Below, one piece after another: positions 9,437 through 19,458 of a DNA stretch of 64,000 nt. Where the stretch lies: the NCBI GenBank assembly GCA_040767085.1, contig JAXGPF010000003.1:96001-160000 (forward strand), given 5' to 3'. The translations under genes and the position numbers were made by a program. The first letter of the stretch is position 1. Each line of letters starts with the position of its first letter. This DNA comes from Kiritimatiellia bacterium (GTDB taxonomy: Bacteria > Verrucomicrobiota > Kiritimatiellia > JAAZAB01). A model generated the notes under the pieces. The model saw only the letters and a list, made by a program, of their open reading frames with translations. It was not told the DNA's origin and did not search any database.

Positions 9437-10273
9437 CTATTGATTTTGGAATATTTCTTCTTGCCCGGCAGCGACATCTAATCCGATCAGGCGCGCGGCG
9501 GTGCCGCCCAGGATTTTGTCCCGGTCCGCCGCGGCGATCGGCAGCTGCCGGATGATTTCCAGGGCAAACCGCGCCTGCAGCGGACCCTGCAGCGGCATGT
9601 CCGTGCCGAAAACTATCCGGTCCGCCCCGGCCAACTCCACCATCCGCTCCATCACGCCCGGATAGACGTACATCAGGAAATGCGCCGTATCCACGTACAC
9701 GTTCGGCAATTGCATATCCATGACCCGTTCCAGTCCTTCCAGGTTCGGGAAATACGGGTATAATCCGTTCTGGTAAATCCCGGCCATGTGCGCCAGCACG
9801 AAATTCGTCCGCGGATGCCGCGCGGCGAACTCGGCCACTTTGACCGCGGCGGCGAATCCCGTGCCGGGCATGCAGGACACATGCGACAGGATCAGCGGCG
9901 TCTGCCCGGCGACTTCATCCAGAAATCCGCGGGCGCGGGCCGAGGCAATGTCATACCCGTGGTAATCGGGATGGATTTTCACCCCGATGAATTTTTTGCC
10001 CTCGTTGCCCCGGCGCAATAAATCCAAATCCCGGATGGAATCCGGGAAAACCGGATTGACGGTGACGTATCCCCGCAGTTTCTTGGCCGTCGGCAGGGCC
10101 GCCGCCAGGTCGGCATTGCCCTCGCGGGCGTCATACATGATGGATTTTGAAGAAGTAACGCAGAGGATGTCAACGCCGGCCTGTTCCAGGTAATCCTCCA
10201 GGGTCGCCGCGTCGGCCGCCCAGAATGGCGCCTGGTTGATATTGCCCAAATGGCCGTGTATGTCAATAATCAT
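9437..10273 (-). CDS. Amidohydrolase family protein (Amidohydro_2-like)
   Basis: IIDIHGH, GVKIHP, VLAHMA, FGTDMP. Confidence 0.9.
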   Translation of the reverse strand: MIIDIHGHLGNINQAPFWAADAATLEDYLEQAGVDILCVTSSKSIMYDAREGNADLAAALPTAKKLRGYVTVNPVFPDSIRDLDLLRRGNEGKKFIGVKIHPDYHGYDIASARARGFLDEVAGQTPLILSHVSCMPGTGFAAAVKVAEFAARHPRTNFVLAHMAGIYQNGLYPYFPNLEGLERVMDMQLPNVYVDTAHFLMYVYPGVMERMVELAGADRIVFGTDMPLQGPLQARFALEIIRQLPIAAADRDKILGGTAARLIGLDVAAGQEEIFQNQ

Positions 10274-10360
10274 ATTTTCTCCGCTTATTCCCCCTGAATC
10301 TCTTCCCCATGCTCACATCCGTGTCCTCGGTGTCATCCGTGGTAAATATTCTTTACCGTA

Positions 10361-10480
10361 GAGTCAGTTTCAAAAGTCTCGGACGACGTGGAAGTCGTCC
10401 CTCCAAAATGCAAAATCACTCCATTTTTGGAGGGTCGGGTTTCACCCCGACCTTTTTGTCAGGACTTTTGAAATTGGCTC
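10361..10480. mobile_element. 120-bp MITE, family A, copy 2 (inverted)
   Basis: Near-identical reverse complement of 5154-5273; CGTA on both flanks. Confidence 0.85.
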
Positions 10481-10534
10481 CGTAATATTACCAACCGCTG
10501 TGCCAGATGACACGGAGCAGCAGAATTTCAACTT

Positions 10535-11368
10535 TCAGATTTCCTCTTCCCCTACCCGGTCAATCCATTTCCGCGTCTGATCCACTGTTTCCAGGCCGAT
10601 ATCCGCAATGCAATTGGAACACAGCACAATGCCTTCCAGCGCGCCGCGCCTGATCCACTTTTCGTAACAGTCAAGCTGGTGCTGCATCTGCTCCGGGGTC
10701 AGCGGACAGCGCTCGCCGTAATTCCACATGTAACAGCCGGCCAGATGCCGTTTGCCCGGCGTTTTTTCGACGCACTTCCGGATGTTCTCGTCCAATTGCG
10801 CCAGGTCGCTGCCTTTCCAGGTCCAGAGCGTGATCACGTCGCACAGTTCCAGGTACTCGCTGACCTGGAAGTCCAACTGGTAGGAATACCATACCATCCA
10901 TAAATCCAGCCGCCGCCCGGGAAAACCATGCAGCTTGTCCCGGATGGACCGGATGCTGTCCACCGTGTGCCGGGCGATCGTGCCGCTGTTTTTGAAGCCT
11001 TCCACCGATTTGAAAAAGTCATCCAGCACCGCGCCGGTGACGTTCGGATATTTTCCCGCCTGGCGCAGGACTTCCTCGATGTCGCTCTTGTTTTCGCTGT
11101 TGCGTTTCACGCCGCCGGCGCCGACGGCGGACCAGACCACCTGCCGGCATTCCTTCAGCTTTTCCGATTCGGCATCGAACGGCGGCACCGGGCCCGCCAC
11201 CATCGCCACCCGGCAACAATTGGGAATGCCGAAGAATTTGCAGCCTTCGGCGGCATCCATCCGGTTGACGCCGGGCAGCCGGTAGCCGTTAACTCCGCCC
11301 TGCCCGACGCCATGATGGCTGCCGACATTCTGCCCCCACAACCAGAAATTATCCCGTCTTTTTTTCAT
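10535..11368 (-). CDS. Conserved hypothetical protein, probable TIM barrel; paralog of 8573-9370
   Basis: Motifs FWLWG, GAVLDDFF, ITLWTW, WNYGE. Confidence 0.7.
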   Translation of the reverse strand: MKKRRDNFWLWGQNVGSHHGVGQGGVNGYRLPGVNRMDAAEGCKFFGIPNCCRVAMVAGPVPPFDAESEKLKECRQVVWSAVGAGGVKRNSENKSDIEEVLRQAGKYPNVTGAVLDDFFKSVEGFKNSGTIARHTVDSIRSIRDKLHGFPGRRLDLWMVWYSYQLDFQVSEYLELCDVITLWTWKGSDLAQLDENIRKCVEKTPGKRHLAGCYMWNYGERCPLTPEQMQHQLDCYEKWIRRGALEGIVLCSNCIADIGLETVDQTRKWIDRVGEEEI

Positions 11369-11494
11369 ATTCTCCCGCCCTATTCAATCTTTTATGGCTA
11401 TTCAGATAATTCACCGCCAAAGAACGCAAGGAACACAAAGATGCTTCTTTTTTTTGCGTTTGAGTTTCTTTGAGGTTTTTGCGCTCTTTCGTGG

Positions 11495-12658
11495 TTAATT
11501 TAAGATGTTGATCTGCCGTTTGTAATTCGATAGTTCCTCCGCCGGCCCGTTTTTGATGATCACACCGTCTTCCCAGCGGAACCCCTGGCGCTTTTCCGCC
11601 AGGAACATGTCCACCATGAACACCATGTTTTCCGCCAGCGTGAAAGTCGAAGATGTTTCTAAAAACGGGTATTCGCATTCCATCTGGCCGCAACCGTGCG
11701 CCGGACCGTAAAGGATCGTATGGCCGTAACCCTGCGCCCGGATCCAGTCATGCACCCTGGTCGCCACCGACGCGGCCGGCGCGCCGGCGCGCATCAGGTC
11801 AATCGTCATGTTCATGGCGTCCAGCCCGACCTGCATGAATTTTTGCGTTTCAGGCGGACATTGCCCCAGGACCACCGGCCGGCCGATGCTGGCGCTGTAG
11901 CCGGCGACTTTGGCGCCGACACTGAAATGAATGATCTCGCCCGCCTGCACTTTGCGATGAGTCGGGCGGCTGATGGCCTGGATCGAGTTCGGCCCGCTGC
12001 AGCACCAGATCGGGTAGCCGGTGGCCTCCGCGCCGTTGGCCAGCATAGCCCCGGCGGCAATGCCGGCCAGCTGGACTTCCGTCATCCCCGTCTTGATGTT
12101 TTCCAGGATGGCCTTGAAACCCAGCTCGGAAATTTTGGCGGCCCGGCGCAGGCAATTGAGTTCGTTTTCCGTCTTGGACATGGCTACCGCGCGCACGACC
12201 TCGTCGGCATTGACGATATCCGTCTTGCCGGCCGCCGCCCGCAGATTTTCCATCATGGTATGCGGAAACATGTGCCAGCCGGCAATCCCGATCCGGCGCG
12301 GCTGGTACCCGGCAATGATATCGCGCCACTCCGGCAGCTTGGAGCCGGGATAGTCCGGCTGCGACGACTCCCGGAAGTCCTTGAGTTGCATGATATGCGG
12401 TATTTTCGAGCGCGCGGCGGCAAATGTCCGGCTTTCCGGACCGATCAGCAGGGCCGCCGGCTTTTCCAGGGGAATCAAAACCGCCGCGGTCTCAAAACTC
12501 GGCCAATAATCGGAATAATACCGGACATGGGCCGGTTCGGATTCCGTGGAAAAAGCCAGCAGTAAATCCAGCCCGGCGGATTGCATCGCCTGCCGCGTGC
12601 GGTCGGCGCGCTGTTGAAACTCCGCGTCTGGTATGCTTGGGATATGGGACATGTTCAT
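11495..12658 (-). CDS. M24 (Xaa-Pro peptidase/creatinase-fold) family hydrolase
   Basis: Creatinase-like N-domain, K..ELNCLRRA, GMTE, HGCG, RWED; RBS AAGGAG before 12658. Confidence 0.85.
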   Translation of the reverse strand: MNMSHIPSIPDAEFQQRADRTRQAMQSAGLDLLLAFSTESEPAHVRYYSDYWPSFETAAVLIPLEKPAALLIGPESRTFAAARSKIPHIMQLKDFRESSQPDYPGSKLPEWRDIIAGYQPRRIGIAGWHMFPHTMMENLRAAAGKTDIVNADEVVRAVAMSKTENELNCLRRAAKISELGFKAILENIKTGMTEVQLAGIAAGAMLANGAEATGYPIWCCSGPNSIQAISRPTHRKVQAGEIIHFSVGAKVAGYSASIGRPVVLGQCPPETQKFMQVGLDAMNMTIDLMRAGAPAASVATRVHDWIRAQGYGHTILYGPAHGCGQMECEYPFLETSSTFTLAENMVFMVDMFLAEKRQGFRWEDGVIIKNGPAEELSNYKRQINILN

Positions 12659-12771
12659 AGCTCCTTGTGCATTGTCTGAATCGGCGGCCGGCGTGATTCC
12701 TCCGCATGGGGAAAGCATAAGGCAAATCCGGATTTGACACAAACGGACAAAACAACTATTTTGTGTAAAAA

Positions 12772-13605
12772 ATGACAATCGCGCGCATAACTTCTTTTAA
12801 TGAATTTCATGTCCACCCGCTGGTGGCCAGCTATATCCGCCTCTCCGCCGCCACCAACCGCTGGAATTTCCCGAAGGCGGCCGCGCCCTACTGGCGGATT
12901 TACTGGAATAACCGGCCGGGCGCCCACATCAGCCAGGGCGGCCGGCGCATTGCCCTCCATCCCGGCATCCTGGCGATCATTCCGCCCGACGCGGTTTTCT
13001 CCACGCGCTGCGGCATTCCCGGCGCCATCCAGCATTTTTACCTGCACTTCCTCGTCCACCCGCTGCCGGCCGACGCCCGCGCCGGAATTGTTGCGCTCAG
13101 GCTGGAACAGCCGGAACACGCCATGCTGGAAAAAATCATCCATCTGCTGCGCGCCGACCCGGCGGGGGCCGGCGCCAGCCGGACGCAATTTTCCCTGGCG
13201 GTTAACTGTTTGATTGAATGGTCGCTGGCAAGCGCCGCCAAAGCCTGGCGCGCGGCGCCCGCCCTCGACGCGCGCATTCTGAAAGTCATGCGCTACATCG
13301 CCGACCGGTTAGGCTCGCCCCTGCCCCATCCAGACCTGGCGCGCCAGGCGGATATGAGCGTCACCGCCTTCCGGACATTGTTCAGGGAGCAAGCCGGGCA
13401 GACGCCGCACGCCTACATCCGCGCCAAGCGTGTGGAAAAAGCCGCGCAACTGCTGCACACGCGCGACTATTCCATTAAGCAAATCGCCGCCTTAACCGGC
13501 TTTTACGACACGCACCATTTCACCCGGGTCTTTCACCGCCTGCAGGGGATTACCCCGGCGGAATTCCGGCGCCATGGCGAAAATCCTTTCATCGCCGCCG
13601 GCTGA
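12772..13605 (+). CDS. AraC family transcriptional regulator
   Basis: C-terminal double HTH (SIKQIAALTGFYDTHHFTRVF..TPAEFR); divergent from the M24 gene cluster. Confidence 0.92.
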   Translation: MTIARITSFNEFHVHPLVASYIRLSAATNRWNFPKAAAPYWRIYWNNRPGAHISQGGRRIALHPGILAIIPPDAVFSTRCGIPGAIQHFYLHFLVHPLPADARAGIVALRLEQPEHAMLEKIIHLLRADPAGAGASRTQFSLAVNCLIEWSLASAAKAWRAAPALDARILKVMRYIADRLGSPLPHPDLARQADMSVTAFRTLFREQAGQTPHAYIRAKRVEKAAQLLHTRDYSIKQIAALTGFYDTHHFTRVFHRLQGITPAEFRRHGENPFIAAG

Positions 13606-13726
13606 TATAAGCGGACGTCCGGCATCCGGATTTTGGAAAAACCGCCTGAATCCGGCGTTATTTGGTTGACTTTCCTCCCCGTGTTTAGCAAATTTCCGCA
13701 CGGGCAACCCGGGAGGCGGCAAGACA

Positions 13727-15076
13727 ATGCATTCAACAGTATGTAAATTCGGCGGCACGTCGCTGGCGACGCGCGATCAGATCGAAAAATGCCTGGCCAT
13801 CATGCTGGCCGATCCGGCCCGGAAATACATGGTAGTATCCGCTCCGGGCAGCCGGCATAAGGGCGATATCAAAATCACCGACCTGCTGATCCGCGCGGCG
13901 GGCGAATTCCGGAACAGCCGGCGTTCCGAAGCCGCCGAAGCAGTGGTTTCCCGGTTCGCCGAAATCATTCCGGAAGACCCCGCCATGGTGGGCAACCTCG
14001 CCGAAAATCTGCGGCGGCGCCTGGAAAATACCGGCGCGGAAAATTACGTTGAATCGCTCAAGGCGTTCGGCGAGTATGCCTGCGCCCGCGCCGTGCAGGC
14101 CATCCTGGAACGCCAGGGCGTCCACGCCGTTTTCATGGACCCGCTTGATTTCGGCTTGCGCATCGCCCACAACGGCGTCAGCGCTCAGCCCGATCACCGC
14201 TGCTACAAGCAGATGGGCCGGAAATTGCACGCCGGCGCCGCCGGCGCGCTCGCAATCATTCCCGGCTTTTACGGCTGCGACAAAGACGGGCATCTGCGCA
14301 CCCTGCCCCGCGGCGGCAGCGACACCAGCGGCGCGGCCGTCGCCCGGGCTGTCGGCGCCGGGATTTATGAAAACTGGACCGACGAGGACGGCCTGCGGCG
14401 CGCCGATCCGCGCATTGTCGCCAACGCCGCCACGATTCCATCCATGACCTACGACGAGGCGCGGGAACTGGCTTACATGGGTTTCAAGCTGCAGGACGCC
14501 TGCTTCGGCCCGATCAAGGGCACGGGCATCGTCCTGAGCGTGCGCAACACCAACAACCCCAACCATCCCGGCACGCGCATCATGGACGTCCGGGAAGTGG
14601 ATCCGGAAGAGCGCATTGTCGGCGTCGCCCGCGAGGATGGTTTCGTCTCCATCGGTATGCGCAAGCTGTACATTGACAAGGAAGTCGGCTTCGGCCGGAA
14701 AATGCTGGGCGTGCCGGAAAAGCTCAAGCTGCCTTACGAGCATACCCCCGACGGCGTTGACAGCACCGCGCTGGTGCTGGCGAAAAAATACATGCAGACG
14801 CCCGAAGCGCTGAACACGGTGGTGGAAAAACTGAAACAAGCCTGCCGCCCCGATACGATGATGATCCGCGACATGGCGCTCGTTTCCATCGCCGGCCAGG
14901 GCATGAAGAATCACTACGACGTCCATGCCCGCGCTTTCGCCGCCCTGGCGCGGGAAAAGATTGCTGTCCTGATGATTGACGACGGCGCTGATGATTTGAG
15001 CTGCTTCATCGGCGTGGACCAGGACCGCTCAGCCGACGCCGTCCGCGCCATCTACACCGAGTTCTACCCGCCCTGA
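13727..15076 (+). CDS. lysC: Aspartate kinase
   Basis: KFGGTSLA, VVSAPG, RGGSDTSG, ADPRIV, C-terminal ACT domains. Confidence 0.92.
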   Translation: MHSTVCKFGGTSLATRDQIEKCLAIMLADPARKYMVVSAPGSRHKGDIKITDLLIRAAGEFRNSRRSEAAEAVVSRFAEIIPEDPAMVGNLAENLRRRLENTGAENYVESLKAFGEYACARAVQAILERQGVHAVFMDPLDFGLRIAHNGVSAQPDHRCYKQMGRKLHAGAAGALAIIPGFYGCDKDGHLRTLPRGGSDTSGAAVARAVGAGIYENWTDEDGLRRADPRIVANAATIPSMTYDEARELAYMGFKLQDACFGPIKGTGIVLSVRNTNNPNHPGTRIMDVREVDPEERIVGVAREDGFVSIGMRKLYIDKEVGFGRKMLGVPEKLKLPYEHTPDGVDSTALVLAKKYMQTPEALNTVVEKLKQACRPDTMMIRDMALVSIAGQGMKNHYDVHARAFAALAREKIAVLMIDDGADDLSCFIGVDQDRSADAVRAIYTEFYPP

Positions 15077-15338
15077 TTCCGCTGCGGCGGCTGCCTAATG
15101 CCGCATTTTACGCGGCATCAGTAACCGCGATTCCCCGGCCAGTCGCTTCCGGCCACGGCTGTGTCATTCTCGGAAAAGAAGGCTCGGCAGGGACGCCTCG
15201 CCTTACCATTTTGGCCATATCTGCCTGAGGTGGGGCGAACCGTCCCTGGTGAGCCGCAAACATGACGCAGCCGTGCTTCCGGCCCGCATCCGGCTGAAAA
15301 CGGGTGACGCCCGCTTTGAGTTATGATATGCTGCACGC

Positions 15339-16343
15339 ATGGAATCTTCGTCAACAGCCAAAACCCAGCCGGCTGCGCCGGATTTCGGCCGCCTGACGCC
15401 GGACGCCGTGATCAACGCCGTTGAAGATGCGCTGGGAATGCCCTGCACCAACCAATGCCGCCCCCTGAACAGCTACATCAACCGCGTTTATGAAGTCGGC
15501 CTGGCGGATGGCGGCAGCGTGATCGTCAAATTTTACCGCCCGGGCCGCTGGAGCCGCGCGGCGCTCCAGGACGAGCTGGATTTTATCGCGGAACTGCACG
15601 CGGCGGAAGTTTCGGTCGTGCCGCCGCTCCCGGGCCGCGATGCAACGCATTTGCACGATTTGGGCGGCACGGCTTTCGCCGTGTTCCCCAAAAAAGGCGG
15701 CCGGCCTCTGGACGAACCAGATCGCAACTGCTGGATTCAGCTCGGCCGTCTGATTGCCCGCATGCATGTCGTCGGCGCACAGCGCCTGCCGCGCGACCGC
15801 GTCCGGCTGCATCCGCGGCATTCCACCCTCGGCCACCTGCGTTATATTCTGGATTCCGGCACGCTCCCGGCCCAATACCGGGACCGCTACGAGCGGACGG
15901 TGATGGAATTGATCGAGCAAATTGCGCCGCTGTTTGAAGGCGTGGAAACGCTGCGCATTCACGGCGACTGCCATTGCGGCAATATCCTCCACCGGCCGGG
16001 CGAGGGTTATCACCTGCTGGACTTCGACGACATGGCGGTCGGCCCGGCCATCCAGGACATCTGGCTGATCCTCCCCAACCGACTGCCGGAGGCGCGGACT
16101 GAACTGGAATGGGTGCTGGAAGGCTACGAGACCTTCTGCGATTTTCCCCGCGCTACCCTGCGGCTGATCGAACCCCTGCGCGCCATGCGCTTCATCCATT
16201 ACACCGCCTGGTGCGCCCGGCAGAAAGCCGACGGCGGATTCGCCCGGCTGCTCCCGGAATGGGGCTCCGCCCAGTTCTGGCGCCAGGAAATCGCCGACCT
16301 TCAAAACCAGCAGCGCGAAATTATCGACGCGTTATCCGCCTGA
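15339..16343 (+). CDS. srkA: Stress response serine/threonine kinase (SrkA/RdoA/YihE)
   Basis: LNSYINRVY, VKFYRPGRWS, RIHGDCHCGNIL, LDFDD, LIEPLRAMR. Confidence 0.92.
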   Translation: MESSSTAKTQPAAPDFGRLTPDAVINAVEDALGMPCTNQCRPLNSYINRVYEVGLADGGSVIVKFYRPGRWSRAALQDELDFIAELHAAEVSVVPPLPGRDATHLHDLGGTAFAVFPKKGGRPLDEPDRNCWIQLGRLIARMHVVGAQRLPRDRVRLHPRHSTLGHLRYILDSGTLPAQYRDRYERTVMELIEQIAPLFEGVETLRIHGDCHCGNILHRPGEGYHLLDFDDMAVGPAIQDIWLILPNRLPEARTELEWVLEGYETFCDFPRATLRLIEPLRAMRFIHYTAWCARQKADGGFARLLPEWGSAQFWRQEIADLQNQQREIIDALSA

Positions 16344-16387
16344 CAATTTGAGCAAATTTCAAAACGTGAGTTTTTGAAACACGGATA

Positions 16388-16836
16388 GTAGCATCCCATA
16401 GAAAATCACTTTATGCTCTCACAAAGCCTCAAAGCCGCAAAGAAGATGCGGGATTTTTCACCACAGAGCCGGATGAGTGGAGGGAGTGCGGTAGAAACCC
16501 GCCTTCGCTAAAGCTACGGCGGGTAAGCACAGGCACAGAAAAGAGCATAGATGTAATGGAATTGAATGGGATGCCGCGCTGTCCGCCAGGCGGACAGTGA
16601 TCGGCGGACGCGCTGATACCCGAATTGATTCGCGTATCAGCGTGTCAACCGATCCGTCAGACCGGCAGATGCCGGTCGCCGCGGCAATTGGCAATACATC
16701 TGATCATTTTGTGTAAATCTTTGTGCCTTCGTGTCTTTGTGTGAGTATTTCTGGATCTGTTGATTTACGCCAAACTCAAATTTCCTTAAAGAATATTGCC
16801 GTTTTCAGGTGATAAATCATATCTATGGGATGATAG
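16388..16836. mobile_element. MITE-like element, family B, copy 2
   Basis: Ends GTAGCATCCCATAG / CTATGGGATGATAG; direct repeat TGAAACACGGAT at 16375-16386 and 16837-16848. Confidence 0.7.
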
Positions 16837-16853
16837 TGAAACACGGATGCAGG

Positions 16854-17717
16854 CTATAATTTCAGCAGACGCCGGGCATTCCCGCGGGCGATTTTCTCGA
16901 AGGCCGCGTCGCTGATCAAGCCGCGCGCGCGCAGGTCCTGCAGGAATCCGGGCAACGGCACCTGGGCGTCGGCCGCGCAGATATCCGTGCCGAACGCCAG
17001 GCGGTCCTGGAACTCGTTCAGAAACTTCACGGCATATTCCGGATCGCGCGCCAGGGCGTTATACCCGCTGCCGGCCGACAGGTCGCCCCAGAGATTCTGA
17101 TACTTGCGCATGAGTTTGGGCACCACACCCTCTTCCTGCACCAATCCCCGGGGATACCCGGCGCGCGACATGGGGGTTTCCAACCGCGCGATTTCCGCCC
17201 AGAACGGCGGACCATGCCCCAGGAACACCAGGTTGGGGAACAACTGCAGACAGCGTTCCAGTTGGGGCATGCCGGGCTCGTCGTACAGCCCGTACTTGCC
17301 GCCGATGGTTGGCGAACCGTCAAAAATCAGCGGAAACCCGACGGACTGGACATGTTTGAAAAGATTCAAGACCAGCGGGTGCAGGAATGGAAGGTTGGGC
17401 ATGACCTCGCCGATGCCGCGGCAGCCCCGGTCGCGGAAATAACGCAGCAGGTCGCCCAGCGGTGCATCGCAACTGTTCGTCAGCGCCCGGGGATCAATAT
17501 TGCAGAACGGGATGAACCGGTCCGGCCACTTATCCGCCATTTCCAGTATATCGTCGTTCGACTGCGGCAGGTATACTTCCGGGCTGACCAACGGCAGGAG
17601 CACCGCCTTTTCAATTCCCAGCCGGTCATGCAGCGGGAAAAGCTCCTCCGGCAAGGCAAACCGGTTGGGGAATGGGCACGGCTTGCGGTAGGCATGGGCG
17701 TGAATGTCAAGAAACAT
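16854..17717 (-). CDS. Amidohydrolase family protein
   Basis: MFLDIHAH, GIGE, WGDLSAGSG, FGTD. Confidence 0.88.
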   Translation of the reverse strand: MFLDIHAHAYRKPCPFPNRFALPEELFPLHDRLGIEKAVLLPLVSPEVYLPQSNDDILEMADKWPDRFIPFCNIDPRALTNSCDAPLGDLLRYFRDRGCRGIGEVMPNLPFLHPLVLNLFKHVQSVGFPLIFDGSPTIGGKYGLYDEPGMPQLERCLQLFPNLVFLGHGPPFWAEIARLETPMSRAGYPRGLVQEEGVVPKLMRKYQNLWGDLSAGSGYNALARDPEYAVKFLNEFQDRLAFGTDICAADAQVPLPGFLQDLRARGLISDAAFEKIARGNARRLLKL

Positions 17718-17999
17718 GATTGCTGGTCTCCAGGGTTCGGATGTTTTATAGCAGACTTCGCTGCAATAAAATGGTTTGCTTTCTCTTAAATCCCGCTCAT
17801 GGTCTAACGACGGCGAACACTTGGCAGGGCTGTCAGGCTCTGGCTGGCCCAGAGCGCAAGGCGCGGGCCGCGCTGGCGGCCTGTCTGCATGCATACACGC
17901 ACAGGCATGCGCCCCCTGTCTTTTGTCTTTATACAATTAATTGTTTTTAAAAGAGGCTAATGATGCTGGAGAGATTTTGCAAGGGAAAATCGGTGGGCC

Positions 18000-19082
18000 C
18001 TAACGATCCACAGACCACCTTTCGGCCTGCCGGAGCAATTCCTCGGCTTGAGCCTGATACTCCGTATTGGTCGCAATATACAAGCCCCTGGCCGACAGCA
18101 TTGAAAGCGCCTGCTCAACTTCTTCCGGGGGGATCGAGATGTGCAGGTTCTTGCCGGCGGCTTGCACCTTCTTCAGCACATCCACGAAGCGCAGAGGAGA
18201 CGGTTGCCCCGCGCCCGGCAGAATCTGCAGGGCCTGGAGCCGCGGCAACTCGCACAATACATCCACATGCCTGAACGCGCCGACGCCATCCACGTGGTAA
18301 ATCGAGTAATCCAAAAAGCGCGTCTGCCGCTCGATGGCCGGCAGAAACAAGTCGCAAAACATGGAGGTCGAAATATTGTATGAAAAATCGTTCGACACGG
18401 CGTAGGTTTTGCCTGGCGCCCAGATCCCTATCCAGCAGGCAGAGCCCTGCCGCGCGCCATTGACGGCCGCATATGTCCGGTCGTAAAAGTTAAACCACAT
18501 GTCCATCAGCCAGTCCTCCGCATCGCGGACTGCATCCGGACGTTCAACACAGTCAAGCAGCAATTGCTCCGTGCCCCGCAACGCCGCCAAAGTATCCCCG
18601 CCGTGATAAAAGGCGCCCATGGATGGGAACGACTTGCCCCTGGTTTCCACCATGGCCCGCGCCAGCACAGCAAAGTGATAACGGCAGGCGGGATGGTTTT
18701 CATCCAGGCGTAAAGAACGGATATCGAATCCCTCGGGATCCGTCAACAGCGGATCATGCCAGCCGGTTGCCATGTCAACTTGAAACGGGCACCCCAGGAT
18801 GGTGGGAATGGACGCGATGCCGGGGTAGCCGGCATGCCACATGGGAATCGCCTCCCCGCCATAGAAAGTCCGTGAAATGTTGTATTCTTTTCGCGCCGCG
18901 ATGGCATCCAGGTCGTACCACCGTTCCTGCAAGGTTTTCGGCGGCGGGGGTTCGGATCTGGCCGGCGGATTATCCCGCGGCGCCGTAACCGCCAGCGCGC
19001 AGCGTCCGAAATACTCATGGCGCCACCACTGCCGGAGCCGCTCCCGGACCGCTTCCCAGTCAGCTTTGTATGTCAAACCCAT
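18000..19082 (-). CDS. Uroporphyrinogen decarboxylase-like (URO-D/methylcobamide methyltransferase superfamily) protein
   Basis: [37 protein letters not shown]. Confidence 0.75.
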   Translation of the reverse strand: MGLTYKADWEAVRERLRQWWRHEYFGRCALAVTAPRDNPPARSEPPPPKTLQERWYDLDAIAARKEYNISRTFYGGEAIPMWHAGYPGIASIPTILGCPFQVDMATGWHDPLLTDPEGFDIRSLRLDENHPACRYHFAVLARAMVETRGKSFPSMGAFYHGGDTLAALRGTEQLLLDCVERPDAVRDAEDWLMDMWFNFYDRTYAAVNGARQGSACWIGIWAPGKTYAVSNDFSYNISTSMFCDLFLPAIERQTRFLDYSIYHVDGVGAFRHVDVLCELPRLQALQILPGAGQPSPLRFVDVLKKVQAAGKNLHISIPPEEVEQALSMLSARGLYIATNTEYQAQAEELLRQAERWSVDR

Positions 19083-19194
19083 AGATTCACTCTCCCATTG
19101 CGCGCATGACGCCATCCTCCCGCAGCATCAGGCTGGGACCGCGCTCGGCGAACGAACGCAGGAGCGCCTCGGCGGCCTGCTCCGGGAAACAGGG

Positions 19195-19420
19195 CAAAGC
19201 CGGGACCGAGGTGAAGCAGCGCCGCGGCCGGCCGGCCCGTAATGCGAGCCCACCCGTCGGCGGCGCAAGTACAAACGCCCTCGAACAGCCCGAACTCGAC
19301 ACGCATTCCAGGCTCGAGGGCTGCCACAATCGGCATCTCGGTGGTGCCGGGGTTTGCAAAACAAATCTCTACACCTGCGTGCAGGGCGGTATGGACCAAA
19401 CTTAATGCACCGGTGTTCAT
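19195..19420 (-). pseudogene. N-terminal fragment of a thiamine-diphosphate enzyme (acetolactate synthase large-subunit-like)
   Basis: [14 protein letters not shown]...[29 protein letters not shown], after which similarity stops; about 75 aa only. Confidence 0.75.
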
Positions 19421-19458
19421 TCTCTCATCCGGCTTGCTGTGGTTACGTCCCACCGAAA

